NCBI GenBank assembly: GCA_000388065.2
Contig: KB932206.1
Source of the DNA: Fonticula alba ATCC 38817
Taxonomy: Eukaryota > Protista > Nucleariida
Reading direction: 5' to 3' (one strand)
Length of the DNA stretch: 31,125 nucleotides
Positions 1-9,954 of the stretch are shown here, piece after piece; the first letter of the stretch is position 1; every line of letters begins with the position of its first letter. The notes below the pieces were generated by a model, which was not told where the DNA came from, made no database searches, and worked only from the letters and a program-made list of their open reading frames with translations. Position numbers and translations under genes: made by a program.

Positions 1-70
1 CCGCACGCCACCCCCATCGCTCCTGCCCGCCAGACGACGACCCCGCGAGCCCTGATAAGCCCCCCGGCCA

Positions 71-2285
71 ATGCTCACGCGGCTGCTCCAGCACTCCAGC
101 CTGCAGATCGCTCGCACCACCCCCACCCGCCTGTTCTCCCTCTCCGCCTCCCTCTCCCACTCGGATACGACGATGGCCAGCATTCGCTCCTGCGCGGCCA
201 CCCTGCCGGACCATGAGGTCCGCATCACACCGCCCTTCCCCAGCCCCCTGAGCGATGGCGAGCTGGATCTTTTCCCGGAAACCGGCACCCCGCTGCATGA
301 GAAGCCGCATGGCTTCCGTTTCTACGAGGATGTCTGCAAGAAGGCCAAGTTTGTCCTCGGCCCGATGGTCGATGCATCGGAGCTCCCCTGGCGGATGATC
401 TCCCGAGCGTGCGTCGCCGGCCGGACGCCCGCACTCCGCCTGCCCTCTTTCCTTGTGCTGACCCGATGTCCCGCTCCTGCTGGGCCCTCTCCCCGCTGCC
501 TGTGGCCAGCCACGGCGCGCAGCTTGCCTACTCCCCGATGTATAGCTCCGGCTGTCTGGCTCGGTCGGACAAGTACCGCGACGCCATCATCACGGCCCCG
601 GAAGATCGCCCGCTTTTCTACCAGGTACGCCCCCCTGGCGCCGGGGTGTTCTTTGGCCTCTCCCCCCCCCCCCCCCCCCCGACTGACGCCCATGTGGGGC
701 CCGTCTCTCCCCCTCTTCTCCACGTAGCTTGCCGGTGACTGCCCGGAGACCGTCCTGCGCGCGGCGCAGTACCTCCAGGACACGTGCGACGCCATCGACA
801 TCAACCTTGGCTGCCCCCAAAACATCGCCAAGCGTGGTGCGTTCAGTCGTCGTCCTGCGCAGGACCCTGTGCTTGGCCGTCCCCCCTGTGGACCCCCCCC
901 CCCCCACACACACACACACATCCCCCCTAACATCCTCTGTCTTCCTCCTCGTCCTCTTCGCGCCAGGGCACTATGGGTCTTTCCTCCAAAACGAGTGGGA
1001 CCTCATCTTCCGAATTGTGAACACCCTCCACCTGAATCTCAAGGTCCCGGTCACGGTGAAGATCCGTGTGTTTGATGACGTGGACAAAACGATCCGCTAC
1101 GCCAAGATGATCGAGCGCGCCGGCGCGTCGGTAAGCAACCCCCCTCCCCCCCCTCAACACACCTTCTGTCCTCCCTGACTTGTGCCCGGGCCCCTAACAC
1201 GCGCGCACGCGCACACACGCACACACGCACACACCACACCACAGATCCTTACCGTCCATGGGCGCATGCGCGACCAGCGCGGACAGAACACCGGCCTCGC
1301 GGACTGGGAGAAGATCAAGGCTGTTAAGTATGTGTCCCCCGTCCGCCACCACCGCCACCACCCGCTTCTCTCCCCTCTGACAACGCCACCGCCCCTGCCT
1401 GCCTGCCCCGCTTGCTCCTCCCCAATCCAGGAACGCCCTCTCCATCCCGGTCTTCGCCAACGGCAATGTCCTGTCACTCGAGGATGTCCAGCGGTGCATC
1501 GATGCCACCGGCGTTGACGGCGTCATGTCCGCCGAGGGGAACCTCTACAATCCGGCCATCTTCTCCGGGGTCACCCTGCCTGCGTGGCAGCTGGCCCGCG
1601 AGTACCTCAACTACTGCCAGCACTATGGCTTCAACCATATGGGCACCATTCGCGGCCACATGTTCAAGCTCTTCTACCACATCCTGGGATGGTACCCGAT
1701 GTATCGCCAGGAGTTTGGCATGTCCCGCAATGTGGATGCCCTTCTGGCCCTGGTCGACACGATCGAGGCCCGTGTCAAGGCCGACCTCGAGTCCGGGGAG
1801 GCCACCGAGTTTGGCCTGGCCGGTGGTTCGCTGCAGGTGGCCAAGAAGAAGATGCGCATCTCCACGGCCGATGCTGCTGGCGATGATGGTGCCGCCGGCG
1901 CCGCCGGTGCCGCCGGCGCCCCAATCGCTGACACCGCCGACGCCGCGGCCGGCGCCGCCGCCGCCGCCGCCCCGAAGTCCAAGCCCGACGTCCCGGCCGT
2001 GGTGGCGCTGTCACATGCCCCGGGCCTGGCCGTGGTCGATCCGCAGGAGAAGCACCAGAAGCTCCTGCAAGACGCCGAGGCCCTGGCTCTGACCGATGTG
2101 GACCCGCACTTCGCCGGGCATCTGGCCTCTGCTCGGGATGTTCTCATCGATCGGCGTAGCCCCTTCTACCATAGCCAGGCGTATGTGCGCCAGCTTCCCA
2201 CCCCGGAGCAGAGTGCCCGCCTGGCGCGCATCGACAACAGCTACTCCAACTACCAGAAGGCCAACAGCATCCGGTGCGTACCTCC

Positions 2286-2322
<37 letters not shown>

Positions 2323-2492
2323 CCTCCCCGTACAATGGGTGCTAACCGAAAGTAAATGGCCCATGGGCTCGCCCGGTGCCGTGGACGTGCCTCCGGCATC
2401 CAATCGTGTGTAGTGAGCGCCACCAGCAGCAGACTGTGGACGGCGACAAGATGGAGGAGTCGCAAAAGCGCCCGCATGCCGAGGTTGCTTGA
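71..2492 (+). CDS. DUS1: tRNA-dihydrouridine synthase, Dus1-like. Exons 71-408, 510-624, 728-836, 967-1130, 1245-1327, 1431-2273, 2414-2492 (576 aa); last exon less certain.
   Basis: The spliced product carries DUS motifs in order: [24 protein letters not shown] (catalytic Cys), [26 protein letters not shown]. All six introns are GT-AG and keep frame (1731 nt in total). Confidence 0.93.
2289..2320. repeat. (GT)16 microsatellite in DUS1 intron 6
   Basis: Read directly from the sequence. Confidence 0.95.
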
Positions 2493-2857
2493 AGGAAAGA
2501 GAAGATGGCCAGCGCGGCAAAAAAGAAAATGGACGGCCCCGAAAATGCATATCTGCTGCCCACCTGTCCGCGTGTGTCTATGCAGGTGTATGTGTGTGTG
2601 TGTGTGTGTGTGTCCGTGCACCCGCGCATGGGTGAGCGTGAGTCGCAATCACCAAACAGGGTGGATCTATATATGTATATTCTTTCGGGCGGCGAGGGAC
2701 CAGCAGGAGGGTGGAGGCACGGCACGCCAGCTCGAAAGGAGGGGGGGGGGAGCGGAGGAGAGAAACAAGGACTGTGGGGGAGGAATAGAGACGGGGAAAA
2801 AAAAACAACAAAGGGAGGGGGCGGGAGGGGAGGGTGATGCACTCGGCGGGCGGGCCC

Positions 2858-3762
2858 TCACTTGGAGATGGACTTGTCCTCGCTGCGGGAGTAGACCGGC
2901 TTGAAGTTGATCGACTGGGAGCGCTTGATCTTGGCGTCGCGCTTCTGCTTGCGCGCAAGCTTGCGGCGAAGGACCTTGACCCGGGCGTTGTTGGCGAAGA
3001 CAGTGCGCGCGTGGCCGGAGGTCTTGACCGGGGCCTGGCTCGAGGCGGCGACCGCCGGGTCGCGGGCGGCCATGGCAACGAGACCCTCCAGGACCTGGGT
3101 CTGGTGGGACTTGACGGAGGAGGCGCTGAAGGCGAGGTCGCGCTTGTCCTGCTCCAGGTCATTGGCCGAGGGGGAGAAGTTCTTGTCGATCAGGGTGCGC
3201 AGGTGGAGGGACACCATGTGGCGGACGGCCGGGCTGGGGTTGAGGGCGCCGCGGGCGATGGCCTTGGCCACCTCGGTCTCGGTGTGCGGCGACAGAAGAC
3301 CACTGTAGAAGCGCCACTCCTTCTTGAGGACGCCGTTGACCGCGCGCGGGAGGTCCTCAGTGGCGCCTGGTGGGGTTGGATGGGGGAGGGGGGCGGGGAT
3401 TAGTGGCTGACATGGGCAGGGCAATGGGCGGCGGCGGCGGCGGCGGCGGCGGGGGGGGCGGGGGGGAGGAGGCAAGGGCACGCACTGCGCCAGGTGTGAA
3501 CGCCCCAGGCCTCGCCGCACAGGCGGAGGGACTTGTCCTTCTCATTCTCCTCGATGCGGTGGAGCACGCGCGTGAGGGTGACGAAGGACTCGTGGCCGGC
3601 CCAGCCGCGACGGGCCACGCGCTGGCCGCCGGAGTTGATGTTGCCACCGAGAACCGGGTTCCGGGAGACGACCACCTCGAAGAGGTTCTTCCGGGCACCG
3701 CGGGCGACCTTCTGGGCGAAGGGGACCTTGGTGGCGACCGACTGGACGGCAATCGACGACAT
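2858..3762 (-). CDS. Mitochondrial small-subunit ribosomal protein mS34-like with a long basic C-terminal extension. Exons 3762-3486 and 3366-2858 (261 aa).
   Basis: The spliced N-terminal half reads KNLFEV..G..V.R.GW...S..TLTRV...GEAWGVHTWRS-ATEDLPRAVNGVLKKEWRF. This matches the pattern I recall for MRP-S34 (G+AWG..TW, ending ..ISG..K+.W+). The GTGCGT..CAG intron keeps frame. The family call is from motif recall only. Confidence 0.7.
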
Positions 3763-4037
3763 CTGTGCGTATGGGGAGGGGAGCGGGGTCCTGGCCAGGG
3801 GCAGAAGCAAGGGGGAGGGGCGGGAAGGAGTTGCGGGGGAGGGGGGAAGGAGGGGGGGGGAGAGAGAGAGTAGCGTTGGCGGTGCGGGAGCTGCGGGGTG
3901 GCAGCCAGGGCGGCCGAAAAAGATGGAAGATGCTGGATTGGCTAGCAGAGGCAGGCATGTCCAGGGGGGGTTGATCTTTGCCCGGGCAAAAAGTCGGCAG
4001 GGGAGGGGGCGCGCGAGGGCCCACGCCGGGCGGGGGT

Positions 4038-4059
4038 GAGAGAGAGAGAGAGAGAGAGA
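4038..4059. repeat. (GA)11 microsatellite
   Basis: Read directly from the sequence. Confidence 0.9.
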
Positions 4060-4195
4060 CACAAGGGCCGAGGGAGGAAGCCCCCGGAAACGCGTCAACA
4101 GCGGTGGCGGCATCAGCCCCCGCTCCCCCCCCCCTGGAACCGAGGGAGAGCGTACGCGGCGCAAGGTACCCCCGGGCACGCACGCGAAGGGCGCC

Positions 4196-4403
4196 GGGCT
4201 GGCTGCCTGATGGCGGCGCTCCATATGTGGAGAATGGTGTTTGTCCTTCTCGTGACAATCGATGCGGCGGCAGTTGGCGTCCAGGAAGTTCCGGCGGATA
4301 TTTGTCGCGCGGGCAAATATTCGGCTCAGGATAATCCACCGAAGTATATGCCTCCCCTCGGGGTGTTGGTGGAAGACCGTCGGAGGCGCGGCTGCCTCTT
4401 TTT
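4196..4403 (+). ncRNA. Candidate structured non-coding RNA, family unassigned
   Basis: The 5' and 3' ends pair (4196-4213 with 4377-4397). Four internal hairpins include a 12-bp stem (4295-4306/4312-4323). A T5 run follows immediately (4399-4403). Confidence 0.3.
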
Positions 4404-5425
4404 ACCATGTCTGGGTGCGCTTCGGGCGTGCGCGCGTGTGTGTCCCCCCCGCTGGCCGATCCTATACCCCTCTGGATGTGGGCTGAGGGATGTGCGTTTC
4501 CACCCTGCGCTGGCTGGTGCTGGGCTCCGGTGCGGGTGGCGGCTCGCAGGTCCGCGCTTTCCGTGCGGCGGGGGGGGCGGGCTGGGAGTGTTGATCCGTG
4601 TTTTCCCCCCCCCCCCCCCCTCCGCCGCCGATGGCCAGAGATGCCTGCCCTCGGTGCCGGTGGCCCTTGGCCTGGTCGGCGCCCCCCCCCCCGGGCAGGG
4701 GCCGCAGGGCATGAGGAGCGTGGCGGGCGTTGGCGCGAGGGCCAGCGGGGGGGACGGGGGTATTTCCGTTGGTGGGCGGTCGGCCACAGCGCTTGTGGGT
4801 GCCGAGGCCCAGGGGGGCGGGGATCGCGTCGAGCCACGCGCCAGGAGGCGCCTCAGGGGGGGGGGGGAGGGCATGTTAGGCTGCTCGTTGTCGGGCGTGT
4901 TCGTTGCGCAAGAAGCGTCGGGCATTTATTGGCGTGTTGGAGCGCGTGTCTTGCTGGACCGGCTTCGCGCCCCGCCCCCCCGCCCCCTCTCGCCCCGCCG
5001 GGTCGCTCGCGGAGGGCAGACCGCGCCATGTGCCGCCTCTCCAGTCGGCGCCCGGGAATGCGCCGGGCGGGAGCTGGGGACTGCTTGTGTGCGCAGGGGA
5101 GGGACTTGGCCAAAAGCGGGTCCCGGGCCGGGGGCATTTGTATGCCACCCGCGGTGGCAGCTCGCCCGCCCGCCCGCCCCCCCTCCGCCTCGCCCGTTCT
5201 TGCCGGGGAGGGGGAGGCCCGGTCGCCGGGGGCGGGGGGGGGCCGGGGGGGGGGAGGGGGCATGTGGAGCATGGTGTCTGCGGAGGGGGACCTCCAGCCG
5301 GGAGCCGGGGGGGGGGGGGGGGAGGTAGGCCAACACCGATACGCTCCGCCGGGCGGCCATTGCCCCATGGGAGCCGGGGCCCGCCGGGGCGGGGGGGGGT
5401 GCAGGCGCATCGATGGCCCCGCCGG

Positions 5426-5476
5426 NNNNNNNNNNNNNNNNNNNNNNNNNNNNNNNNNNNNNNNNNNNNNNNNNNN
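5426..5476. other. Assembly gap (51 N)
   Basis: Run of n. Confidence 0.99.
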
Positions 5477-5550
<74 letters not shown>

Positions 5551-5570
5551 GGGGGGGGGGGGGGGGGGGG
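5477..5570 (+). repeat. Poly-G tract (G72-CC-G20) next to the gap
   Basis: Read directly; the length is unreliable beside a gap. Confidence 0.8.
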
Positions 5571-5987
5571 GCGACGGCCGGGCCCGGTCCGGTCCTGGGC
5601 GACGGGAGGTAGTGCCATTGCTCCCGGTCCTGAGGTGCCTTCTCCAGCGGCGGCGGCGGCGGCGGCGACGGGGCCCGGCCGGGGAGGGAATCGTGGCCGC
5701 CCACCCGCTTTTCCTGACCGAGCCGGGGGGGCCTCTCCCAGGGAGGGGGGTGCGCCAGGGCAAGAGAGAGCGAGAGAGGGGCCCGGGCCTGTCGCCTGGC
5801 GCGCTCGGCCTCCCGGGGCCGGACTAGCGCGCGCGAGGAGCGTGTGTGGGGCCCGGCGTGCCGGCGCGCCGGCGCACACCGGCGGCCATATTGAACTAGC
5901 ATCGCCCTGGAAGCACCTGGGAGAGGGTCTGTCCCACCACTTTGTTTGTTTTTTGCGCCTCTTCTGCTTAACAGACAAAGACACACA

Positions 5988-6605
5988 ATGTCGGACTCTC
6001 TTATCTTCCGTGGCACCCTCGAGGGTCACTCTGACTGGGTCACTGCCATCTCGGTCTTCCCCAACGATGCCAACAAGCTTATCACCTCTTCTCGTGGTGC
6101 GTCTCGGCTCGCGTCCCTGCCTCTGCTCTTTTTGCCCTGTTCCTCCCCGCCACGCCGCCGGGCCCGCGCCATTCCCCTGGGTTTCGCCTGCCTCTCTGCC
6201 CTCCCCGGGGGGAGGGGGCCCTCGCGCACGCGCGGCCGCATCTCCCCTCGTCCCCTGCTCCTCTCTCCCTCTCTTTCTCGCCCCTGGCTCGGCACGCCCC
6301 TCGTTTGCACATTCTCGCCCTGTGTGCACGCGTGCGGCGCGCCCCTCTCCTGTCCCGCCGCGCCGTGTGTGTGTGCCTTGCCACCCCATATATGTGTGTG
6401 TGTGCGCTTGCCTCCTCCCTGCGGGGCGTGGGAGGGAGAAAGACATCCCCTCTTTCTCTCTTCCCTCTCCTCTCTTGGTGCACGGCCGCGATAGGGGAGG
6501 GGGCTATCTACGCCCGAGCCAGCGGGCGCGAGAGGGGGGATGTCCGTGCCCTTTTCCCCGCATGCGGCCTGGGCGGAGGCTTGCGTCGGTGTTGGCTGCC
6601 CCTCC

Positions 6606-6668
<63 letters not shown>

Positions 6669-7862
6669 TGCCGTTGTGCATGCGCATGTGGCCATTTCTG
6701 ACCCTCCCTCCCCTCTCTCCCGCCCATCGGATTCGCCTTTGCCCTTCCTGCATCCGACGCGGCCCTTCTCCTCTCTCCGGTGTGTGTGTGCTTTTGCCCC
6801 TCGGCGCCCGGGGCCTTCCACAGATAAGACCCTCATCATCTGGGAGCTGACCCGCGAGGAGGAGTCCTTCGGTCTGCCCACCAAGAGCCTGAAGGGGTAC
6901 GTTTGCTTCTCTCCTGGCCGGCCCCCCCCTCGCGTTGGTCGCCCCGCGTGTTTCCTCGCCCTCTCCTTCTCTCCTCCCTGCCCTTCCCTTCTAACGCGTC
7001 TCTCCTTGCGTCTGCGTCCCTCTGGGTGTGGTCGCCCGCGCGCGCGCGCCTGCCAACCCCGCTTGCCGCCCACAGCCATAGCCACTTCGTCTCCGACGTT
7101 GCTGTCTCTTCCGACGGCCAGTTCGCCCTGTCCGCCTCTTGGGACAAGACCATCCGCCTGTGGAACCTCGCCCTCGGCGAGACCTCCCAGACCTTCATCG
7201 GCCACACCGGTGATGTCCTGTCCGTCGCCTTCTCCGCCGATGACCGCCAGATCATCTCCGGCTCTCGCGACTCCCAGGTCAAGGTCTGGAACACCCGCGG
7301 TGAGAACAAGTTCACCCTCACCGAGAACGGCCACACCGACTGGGTCAACTGCGTCCGCTTCATCCCCCCCAGCGCCGACCCCAAGGCCCCGGTCTGCTTC
7401 ATCTCCGCCTCCGCCGACAAGACCGTCCGCACCTGGAACATGAACACCCTGCAGATCCGCTTCAACCAGAAGGGCCACAACGGTGGTGTCAACACCGTCG
7501 CCGTTTCTCCCGATGGCTCCCTCGTCGCCTCCGGTGGCAAGGACTGCCAGGCCATGCTCTGGGACCAGAACGATGCCAAGCACCTGTACTCCCTCGACTC
7601 CAGCGAGCCCATCAACGCCCTCGCTTTCTGCCCGAACCGCTACTGGCTCGTCGCCGCCGCCGGCTCCTCCATCAAGGTCTGGGACCTGGCCACTCAGGAC
7701 CTCCTGCTCGACATGACCCCCCAGTTCGCCAACCTCGGCAAGCGCTCCATCGCCCCCCAGGCCGTCTCCCTCGCCTGGTCCAACGATGGCGAGCTCCTGT
7801 TCGTCGGCTACACTGACAACCTTGTCCGTGTCTACTCCGTCTCTTCCAGCGTCATCGCCTAA
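5988..7862 (+). CDS. RACK1: RACK1/Asc1, the 40S-associated WD40 beta-propeller. Exons 5988-6096, 6824-6896, 7076-7862 (322 aa).
   Basis: Motifs LIFRGTLEGHSDWVTAI, SSRDKTLIIW, GHSHFVSDV..SSDGQFALSASWDKTIRLW, CRF-like VRF.P, SPDGSLVASGGKD, FCPNRYWL and LAWSNDGELLFVGYTDN. Strong codon bias; both GT-AG introns keep frame. Confidence 0.97.
6615..6668. repeat. Compound microsatellite (CT)19-(CG)8 in RACK1 intron 1
   Basis: Read directly from the sequence. Confidence 0.9.
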
Positions 7863-9954
7863 ATGCGCGCGTGTGTGCCCCCTTCCCCTCCGCGTGTGTT
7901 TTTAGGGGGACCGGCCGTGTGCGCGCGCGCGTGTTCCGCGCGTGCGTGTGTGTGTGTATATAATGTACGCGCGCGCGCGACGAGCGCGCGCATATGCCCC
8001 CTATCTCTCTCTCTCCCTCTCCCTCTCCCTGTCTTCCCCCCTCCTCCTCTCTCGCTCTTCCCTCTCTCCTGCTCATGCTGCTGTGTCCGCGCGCGCGCGT
8101 GCATGTGTGTCTCCCCCTCCCATCTCTCCCTCTCCCTCTCCCTCTCCTCCGCGCTGCGGGGCGAGCGCGAGGGCGCGCGGGGGAGGCCAGGAGGCGCCAT
8201 GTGTGTGTGTGTCCCCCTCCCCACCAGAGCCGGGGCAGGCGCCAGGGCAAGTGGGCTGCTAGAGAGGGGGGCTGTGTGGGGGGGGCGGGATCGTGTGTGG
8301 TGGGGGCGGTTGCGCGCGTGCGCTTGCGTGCGCGTGCATCCGTCCGGTCCCGTTGCGTGTCGTCTGCCCCCCAGGCCACACCGCACGTCCCTTCTCCTTC
8401 TCCTTCTCCTCCCCCTCTCTCCCTCTCTTGCCGCGTGGGTGAGAGGCCGCTTGCGCGTACGCGCGTGCGCAGACTAAAGCCATCACCGTTGTTGTATGTG
8501 TGTGTGGCGCCGCCGCGCCGCTCTCTCTCTCTCTGTCTCCTTCTCGCGTCGCAGGGGGGGGGGGGGGCGGGAGCGCCGGGCGAGGGGCTTCCGGGCCGGA
8601 GGCGGGCGGCCGCGCGGGTGTGTGTGTGTGGGTGAGAGAGAGCCGTGCGCGCGCGCGCGCGCTCCCCCCGGGCGAGGGCTAGGGCTCTGTCTCCGCCGCC
8701 ATTCCTCCTTCCTTCCCCCTCTCCTCCCCTGGTGTTGTAGATCGTCCCCCCACATTTCCCCCCCCCCTCGTCTTGTCTTGCAAAATTCCAACCCGTCATG
8801 TCTGAACGCCATTGCGCCGTGTTGCTGCTTCGCCAATACCCTTGTGTGCTTGCTCCCCGCGCGCGCGCGCCCCTCATTGTTGTTTTTTTCTCTCTCTCTC
8901 TCTCTCTTCTCTGCGCGTTTTTTCTGCCGCCGCGCGTGCGCTTGTGACGGGGCGTGGGCGCGGGCGGGGAGGGGGGGCCGGCCGGGGCCGCGGGAGAGAT
9001 CTCCCGGCGGGCGCGCCAGACAGCCGCACGCACCTCCGCATGCACTGGCAGGCCGGTGTGTGTGTGTGCCGGTGTGTGCGTGTGCGTGGTCCGGCCTGTG
9101 CGCCAGGAGGGGGCCGGGGGCGGGGGGGATCAGCGCCCCTTTCTCGCACGGCGCGCGGGGCGCCCGCCATACCCCCCGGGGCGGAGAGAAGGGGCCAGCA
9201 TGGCGGGACTGGTAGTGGTGCGGCCCCGGCCCCCAGAACCGCCCCCTGGGCCACCTCCAGCACGTCTCACTGCGGGACTTCCTCTACGCCCGACAGGCCC
9301 ACAGGGGGCGTTCTGCTCTTTCGGACCCGCTGGGCGCCGACCAGTCCCGGGGCGCCTCTTGGCTAGTCCGGGGGGGGGAGCGCGCCCGGCCCTCCCGCGT
9401 TTGTCCTCGGCTGCCAAGCCCGGCGGCCGCTCCCTTAACTCAACTACTGGCCCGGGAGAGAGCGTCTACCGGTGTTGGCAGACTCCAGGCGGGCACAGTA
9501 GCGGGCGGCTCGGCGTCGCGCGCACGCACCGCCGTCCCGCGGAGCACGCGCATCACCCGTTCGCCGGGACCTGCGTGATGCCCCACAACAGACCACATGA
9601 CACATCCAAGTGCCAGCCCTCCCGGGGGCCCGATGGACGCCCCTTCCCGGCGCCGAACGCCCGAAGGATGCCCGCGACCCCCCCCCCCCCCTCCCCCGGC
9701 AGGCAGGAGTATGGGCAGGAGGCGCACGCACCCACCAGTCGACCCTCCCCCCTCCCCGGACGCGCCATGCCGGCGCACAGGGCGGCCCTGGCCGAAGGCA
9801 GTCCCAAGTCCACCACACGCCCCCCCCCCCCCCTCCTCGGCAGGAAAGAAAGACCGCGCGCCGGTCGTACGTCCATTCACATCTGCGGCGTGCCGATCGT
9901 CGCGCGGCGCCGCATGCACATGCACACACGCGCACGCACCATGTTGCGCGCACA

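Noticed and set aside
4331-4348. U3 snoRNA-like 5' motif on the - strand (UAUACUU-N4-GGAUUAU, like boxes A'/A)
   Set aside because: No box C', B or C follows at suitable spacing; only a distant CUGA at 4116-4113. A cmsearch with RF00012 would settle it.
4210-4500. Signal-peptide-like frame MAALHMWRMVFVLLVTIDAAAVG on +
   Set aside because: Many codons end in A/T, unlike the genuine genes here. There is no domain, and the frame runs into low-complexity sequence.
8780-8789. Sm-site-like GGAAUUUUGC on the - strand
   Set aside because: No U1/U2/U4/U5 signature or 3' stem-loop nearby.
9216-9578. ATG-less 120-codon frame with a coding-looking stretch (QNRPLGHLQHVSLRDFLYARQAH)
   Set aside because: No start codon or convincing upstream exon, and no family motif. 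It overlaps the hairpin and is expected by chance at this GC content.
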